Shown here: positions 37,998-44,205 of the stretch, in pieces | How the letters are laid out: every line of letters starts with the position of its first letter | How positions within the stretch are numbered: position 1 is the stretch's first letter | Source of the DNA: Octopus bimaculoides | Taxonomy: Eukaryota | Assembly (NCBI RefSeq): GCF_001194135.2 | Contig: NC_068989.1 | Location: forward strand, 91,309,808 to 91,354,012 | Direction: 5' to 3' | Length of the DNA: 44,205 bases | The notes under the pieces: generated by a model | The model's input: the letters and a program-made list of their open reading frames with translations, nothing else | What the model was told of the DNA's origin: nothing | Database searches by the model: none | Made by a program: the position numbers and the translations under genes

Positions 37998-38464
37998 CGT
38001 TTGTCTTATATCCATTAGCATTTGGTTTGTTAATTCTTAAAGTTTCACACAAGTTTACTTAACTGCACTTAATTCGGAAAACGTTCGAATGAAGCTGTTG
38101 CCTGCAACGCATTACTTAGTGAGGCGCCTATTTATGGCGATGCATTGTGTAGTGGAATGTGTGACGTAAGAGAAGTGTCGTTAGTTCCAGCTGGATGGCT
38201 ATGTTGTAAGGGAAATCACCCAGCCCAGAACTGTTGTCGTCATTAAGTGCCAGATGCTCAGCGTCGGTGTGTCATGTTGAGATCAGGAGAGGAAGTCGTT
38301 GGTCGAATTGGGAGATAAATTACTCTTGAAATGTAAATTACATCACGTAACTTCCTATATGTGGCCTTTCAGTGTCAGCCACCTCCAACACAAACACCAA
38401 CACAGACAAACACCAACACACAACTAACACAAAAATGCATGGGCGCATACAGATGCGAGAGGCC

Positions 38465-38620
38465 TCTGCATAGCTTCTGTCTAAAAATGTTACCCACAAA
38501 GAATTCGCTAGTTAGGGGTTGCTTTAGAAGATAATGGCACAGGGTTTTATCAAAATTATTTCATTCACTGAGTTTTATCGCGCCGGTGAAAGATGTTGTG
38601 GCTTGGTGATTTTGGTTGGT
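38465..38620 (-). mobile_element. bipartite SINE left arm, highly degraded
   Basis: Loose match: TTCTGTCTAAAAATGTTACCCACAAAG...TAGAAGATAATGGCACAGGG. Confidence 0.4.
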
Positions 38621-38821
38621 GATTTTGTTTGGCTATTCGAGCTATAACTTTTAGCTCTTATTTCTAGCAATTGTAGGTACAATTTTGCACCCTTATTTAT
38701 GCATTCTAACTTCTTGGTTTTTAATTAATCTAGCTACCTGTATTATAACGTATTTAATATATCATAATATTCATTTATCGTTACAATATCTCATTGCATG
38801 TTTATAAACACACGAATATAT

Positions 38822-39100
38822 TTTTATCTTTTATTATTTTAATTGGTTCGCTCATTAGACTGTGGCCATGCTAGAGCACAGCCATGGAGAGTTTTTAGTC
38901 GAATGAATCAACCCCAGCACTTTTATTTTTTACCAAGCCTGGTACTTATCTTGTCGGTCTCTTTTGCTGACCTGCTAAGTTATGGCAACGTAAGCACATC
39001 AACACCGGTTGTCGAGTGGTGGTGGCCGACAAGAATTCACACAGACAGACAGAGAGAGACACAGAAAGACAGAGAGACAGAGAGACATAGAGACAGATAG

Positions 39101-39146
<46 letters not shown>

Positions 39147-39325
39147 GCGCATATGCGACGAGTTTCTCTCTGTTTCCGTCTTCCACATCTACGGGCAAGG
39201 CTTTCATCAGCCTGGGGTTATAGTAAGGGAGTGTCACGAAGTGGGACTGAAGTCCCACGAAATGAGACTGAACACACCCGGGAACCATATGGTAGGGAAG
39301 CAAACTTCTTACCACAGCCACGTCC
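38822..39325 (-). mobile_element. bipartite microsatellite-SINE, complete
   Basis: GACTGTGGCCATGCTAGAGCAC...internal (CAGA)/(GA)/(CA)/(CG) 39040-39152...CTTACCACAGCCACG. Confidence 0.88.
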
Positions 39326-39331
39326 ATACGT

Positions 39332-39363
<32 letters not shown>

Positions 39364-40985
39364 GTATGTATACACATGTAAATATGTAGGCATGTATGAA
39401 TGTATTTATATATAAATAAGTGTGTGTGTTTGTGTGTGTGTGTGTGTGTGTGTAAATGAGGTACCGACGCAAAAAGACACTCTGCAACTGCTTACAGCTT
39501 TTCACTATGTCGAATTAAATTATGCAACCGTTCATATAAACACTAACATTTTAACTGTTATCATCGCCAATCTATGGTATATATATACATATATATATAT
39601 ATATAGATAGATATAGATATATACATATATANNNNNNNNNNNNNNNNNNNNNNNNNNNNNNNNNNNNNNNNNNNNNNNNNNNNNNNNNNNNNNNNNNNNN
39701 NNNNNNNNNNNNNNNNNNNNNNNNNNNNNNNNNNNNNNNNNNNNNNNNNNNNNNNNNNNNNNNNNNNNNNNNNNNNNNNNNNNNNNNNNNNNNNNNNNNN
39801 NNNNNNNNNNNNNNNNNNNNNNNNNNNNNNNNNNNNNNNNNNNNNNNNNNNNNNNNNNNNNNNNNNNNNNNNNNNNNNNNNNNNNNNNNNNNNNNNNNNN
39901 NNNNNNNNNNNNNNNNNNNNNNNCACACATAGATATGTTTATATACATGCCCACCTTGATACGGCGTTTAGTGAAATATGATTATGACATTTAAAATTTC
40001 TATCGCTAGCTGTCATATATATTACAGTAATATTATATTCAAACATCTTTCATAAAAGCTACTGTTTATATCGATCTAAATGTTTGGTGTGAATGAAGGT
40101 GTAAAACTTAGTTTAGAAATTTCTATAAAAACACGCATAAATTTATGTATAGGAAGAAAATATAAATATAATAGACAAGAGGAGGAAGCCAAACTCTGTT
40201 TTGTGTCGTTAAAATAGTTTTCACTTCTATATTTCATCTTAATATATGCAAATATAGAAACATTCTAAAGAAACTGCTGTACACTATCAAGAAAAATAAT
40301 TATTTTTATGACACTGTCTATATGCGATATAGTTTACTATTGCACCAAGTAGATTTAGACAAAAATATATATACGTATATACATTTATATATAAGTTGAC
40401 AAAGTTTAATAAATATTCACACACACAGAGAAAGACATACAAACACACACGTATACTCACACATACGCATATATATACGCTCACACCACCATATATATAA
40501 ACTTAAACGTATATGTGTTTGTGTGTTTGAGTGTATGTATATGGAATTTATTTAGATAAATTATATGTGTATATATAATTTTTCTAAAGTTATATACATC
40601 TCACAAATGCATTTCTTTTAAGTTACTTTCAACTGGTTATTAGACTATGGAATTTTGTGGTCTGAAGCGAAACGGACTCAAGTTTTTACCCATCGATTGA
40701 AATAAATTGTGATTATTTACCTTAAGAAATCTCTGACGCTTCTTCCAACGCGGTGCTGTTCCACATATTCTGGATTATAACGGAATGCTCGCACGGTACC
40801 CACCTGTATACTTCATCCCGAACTATTCATTATATATACATATATACAAAGTATGGGGGTTTAGTTCGCAGGTGGTCTAAACGATTAGATACGATAGGTA
40901 AGTGTTGTAATGGATTTCTAGGGCTCCAAAGTTATAGCCGAGAAGACAATTATGGAGCTATTGCAAATTTCCTGTGCAGAGGATA

Positions 40986-41100
40986 TATAACTGTTAAAGA
41001 GGACAACAAAGTTTAAGGTAAAGCGAACGATAATACTAATGGATATAACTTGAAATATTTGCGTTGCCTTAACACTCCTTGTCCTCTTTAACAAATTATA
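40986..41100. mobile_element. short inverted-repeat (MITE-like) element
   Basis: TGTTAAAGAGGACAA...TTAAGG pairs with CCTTAA...TTGTCCTCTTTAACA; TA-rich flanks. Confidence 0.45.
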
Positions 41101-41966
41101 TATATACATATATATATATATATATANNNNNNNNNNNNNNNNNNNNNNNNNNNNNNNNNNNNNNNNNNNNNNNNNNNNNNNNNNNNNNNNNNNNNNNNNN
41201 NNNNNNNNNNNNNNNNNNNNNNNNNNNNNNNNNNNNNNNNNNNNNNNNNNNNNNNNNNNNNNNNNNNNNNNNNNNNNNNNNNNNNNNNNNNNNNNNNNNN
41301 NNNNNNNNNNNNNNNNNNNNNNNNNNNNNNNNNNNNNNNNNNNNNNNNNNNNNNNNNNNNNNNNNNNNNNNNNNNNNNNNNNNNNNNNNNNNNNNNNNNN
41401 NNNNNNNNNNNNNNNNNNNNNNNNNNNNNNNNNNNNNNNNNNNNNNNNNNNNNNNNNNNNNNNNNNNNNNNNNNNNNNNNNNNNNNNNNNNNNNNNNNNN
41501 NNNNNNNNNNNNNNNNNNNNNNNNNNNNNNNNNNNNNNNNNNNNNNNNNNNNNNNNNNNNNNNNNNNNNNNNNNNNNNNNNNNNNNNNNNNNNNNNNNNN
41601 NNNNNNNNNNNNNNNNNNNNNNNNNNNNNNNNNNNNNNNNNNNNNNNNNNNNNNNNNNNNNNNNNNNNNNNNNNNNNNNNNNNNNNNNNNNNNNNNNNNN
41701 NNNNNNNNNNNNNNNNNNNNNNNNNNNNNNNNNNNNNNNNNNNNNNNNNNNNNNNNNNNNNNNNNNNNNNNNNNNNNNNNNNNNNNNNNNNNNNNNNNNN
41801 NNNNNNNNNNNNNNNNNNNNNNNNNNNNNNNNNNNNNNNNNNNNNNNNNNNNNNNNNNNNNNNNNNNNNNNNNNNNNNNNNNNNNNNNNNNNNNNNNNNN
41901 NNNNNNNNNNNNNNNNNNNNNNNNNNNNNNNNNNNNNNNNNNNNNNNNNNNNNNNNNNNNNNNATA

Positions 41967-42060
41967 TACCGTAAATCCTAGAGTATAATCCGCACTTTTT
42001 TCCCAAAATTTAAAGGTAAAAATTTCTAGTGCGCACTATATACGAGGTTAAAAAGGAAAA
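41967..42060 (+). mobile_element. possible Tc2/pogo-like DNA transposon end
   Basis: TA-CCGTAAATCCTAGAGTATAATCCGCAC with an inverted subterminal copy GCGCACTATATACGAGG. Resemblance to Tc2-type TIRs is recalled, not searched. Confidence 0.35.
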
Positions 42061-43025
42061 ACATTTTCTAAGCAGAATTTTCTAAGTGATAAATATGTAG
42101 AGGGAATTTACTTAATATTTATGTTTCACTGACGTTATTACTTGATATTGCTCCAATCTGGCCAGCCCCAAGAAAAAACTAAGCTAAGACCATTAGATTC
42201 CTTGAAAGAAAGCAGCGAATGTATACAAAAACAAGCATGAAAAAAACGAACAATGTTACACAAATACAGTAAGAATAATAAGACATAACAACAGATGTCT
42301 AGCGACTAAGGACGAATTATATATATATGGTGTATTGGGAATGTATAATTCAACAGACAATGGTCTGTCTTAGAGAAAAGGAAAAGGAGAGGTGGTTAAT
42401 TGTTGCTGCAAGGTAAAACCTATACCTTAATGGTGAAAGGGTGACCGAGATCAATAGTTATCTGTACGATAAATTACAGTTTCTTCTACTAGATTTATAT
42501 TTGGTTTATCAATTTTCAATCAAATACACGTATAGATACATGATGCGATTACGTGCATATATGCGGATCACAAGCAGACACAAACTCATACACATACACA
42601 GAGAGAGAAATATACAGGACCATACATACGTACCCACAAGTATATATACATGTGCGTGTGTGTGTGTTTGGAAGCATGTATATTTGTAGCCCAGGTACAC
42701 CAGGAAATACTTCCGCTTGCCGCTTCAATTATATATGTGTATGCATGTATGTATGTATGTATGTATGTATGTATATATGTATATATGTATATATGTATAT
42801 ATGTATGTATGTATGCATGTGTGTATGTATTTACATACATATATATATATATATATATAATTATACATATACATATATATATATGTGCCTTTGTATGTAT
42901 ATATATGCATGTATATGTATATATAGATATATATGTATATATATATTTTACATATATGCATATATATACATATATATATATGTATATAACTATATACGTA
43001 TGTTTGTATATGTATATATATATAT

Positions 43026-44152
43026 TGGTAGTTACAACTCAGAGCTCTGGCCATGCTGGAGCACTGCCATTTTGCTACACTGTTATTATTAGATCCTCCT
43101 CCAATATGTATCACTTGGTGTAGAATTGAGTTTTATATAGCTGCCCTCATTTGCACCTCTTACCATGAGGTAGGTTCGCCAGAGACTCCCGAGAGGAAGA
43201 GGTGCAGTCTTGATTTAAAAACGCCTGCATCTACTTTGTGCTGGTTCCTCAGGCTCCTTGGGAGATATTAATATTAAAAAGCTATGGGCCACTTAAACCT
43301 AGGCTGTTGCAGTAACTGATAGCGCGATGGCATTGCTGAGATCTTTGGCACTCTGCAGTGTCGACCCGTTCTGGCATTCGTGTAGCTTTCAATGCATACC
43401 TCTCCCGCCTTCGCTCCAGGTAGTAGAGTCTTAACTGTTTCAGCCTTTCCCAGTAGCTGAGCAGTTGCAAAGACACGATCTTCTTTGTGAAGCATCGCTG
43501 GATTGCTTCAAGGTCCGCTGTTAATTTTACATTATTGGGTGACCATAGCTGGGAGCAGTAACCCAGGCGGCTGAGGACGAATGTCCTCCAGAGGATCATC
43601 ATGGTTTTCTTATCTCTGGTTCTGAATGTTCTCAGGATCCATCCAGCCAGTCGTCTGCACTTTGTCGCCATCCTGGTAATGTGCACTTGGAAAGAGGTAT
43701 CATCACTCATGTCGATACCCAGGTCTCTCACTGATTTAGGCTCTGGGATTGTAATTCCCAGTTGACCAGTGTACTCTGTAAGTTTCATATTCAGTTTTGG
43801 ATACTGGTAGCGCAGGGCTTGGACATTTAAACTGCATATTATTATCCTCAACCCATCTGTAAATTAAGTCCAACTCCTGCTGCAGATGTGCAACATCACT
43901 AAGGTTCTGTATTTTCTGCGAAACGTCCGTATCATCTGCGTAGCTAGCAAGGATGGCTACCGGCAGTTGGGGACATGTCTGAGAAGGCCACTATGAAAAG
44001 CAGTGATCCCAAAACCGTGCCTTGTGGAATACCGCTCACTATTTGTGTTTTATTGAGGTGGCTCCATTAGCCACTACTGCCTGACTTCTATCTTTCAGAA
44101 AGTCATGTAACCACTCTCCAAGCTTTCAAGCTATGCCGAGATCACGCAGTTA
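43026..44152 (-). mobile_element. CR1/L2-group LINE: RT domain to 3' tail, 5'-truncated and decayed
   Basis: FLKDRSQAVVANG, SGIPQGTVLG, YADDT (43931-43942), VRDLGI, WILRTF, YCSQLWSP, YWERLKQLRLYYLERRRERY. 3' tail GGCAGTGCTCCAGCATGGCC. TA-rich flanks. Confidence 0.93.
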
Positions 44153-44173
44153 AAGTGTGTCTTTGTACATATT

Positions 44174-44205
<32 letters not shown>

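Overview
Eukaryotic, AT-rich, essentially non-coding window from a short-read assembly. It has many N-gaps, and most abut (TA)n, (CA)n or (GA)n tracts. The repeat families look like those of an octopus (coleoid cephalopod) genome; this is my inference from pattern recognition, not a database result. No intact protein-coding gene is visible, and almost all long ORFs in the supplied track are microsatellite or N-gap artefacts. Recognisable content: (i) about 16 copies or fragments of a bipartite tRNA-derived SINE that carries a microsatellite inside it; (ii) at least three other tRNA-SINE types; (iii) two decayed CR1/L2-group LINE fragments whose 3' tail matches the 3' tail of the bipartite SINE, suggesting a LINE-SINE partner pair; (iv) two 5'-truncated R4/Dong-clade RLE retrotransposons, both joined at the 5' end to (CATA)n tracts; (v) a dead mariner, a Tc1/maT fragment and a possible Tc2/pogo end; (vi) four Penelope-like terminal-repeat fragments with minimal type I hammerhead-ribozyme folds, three inside fold-back palindromes and two with non-canonical 3/8 core positions. 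Weak splice-signal evidence (a 12-nt microexon, a candidate last exon, and antisense bias of the retroelements) suggests the window is mostly intron of a + strand gene. End coordinates of decayed elements are approximate.
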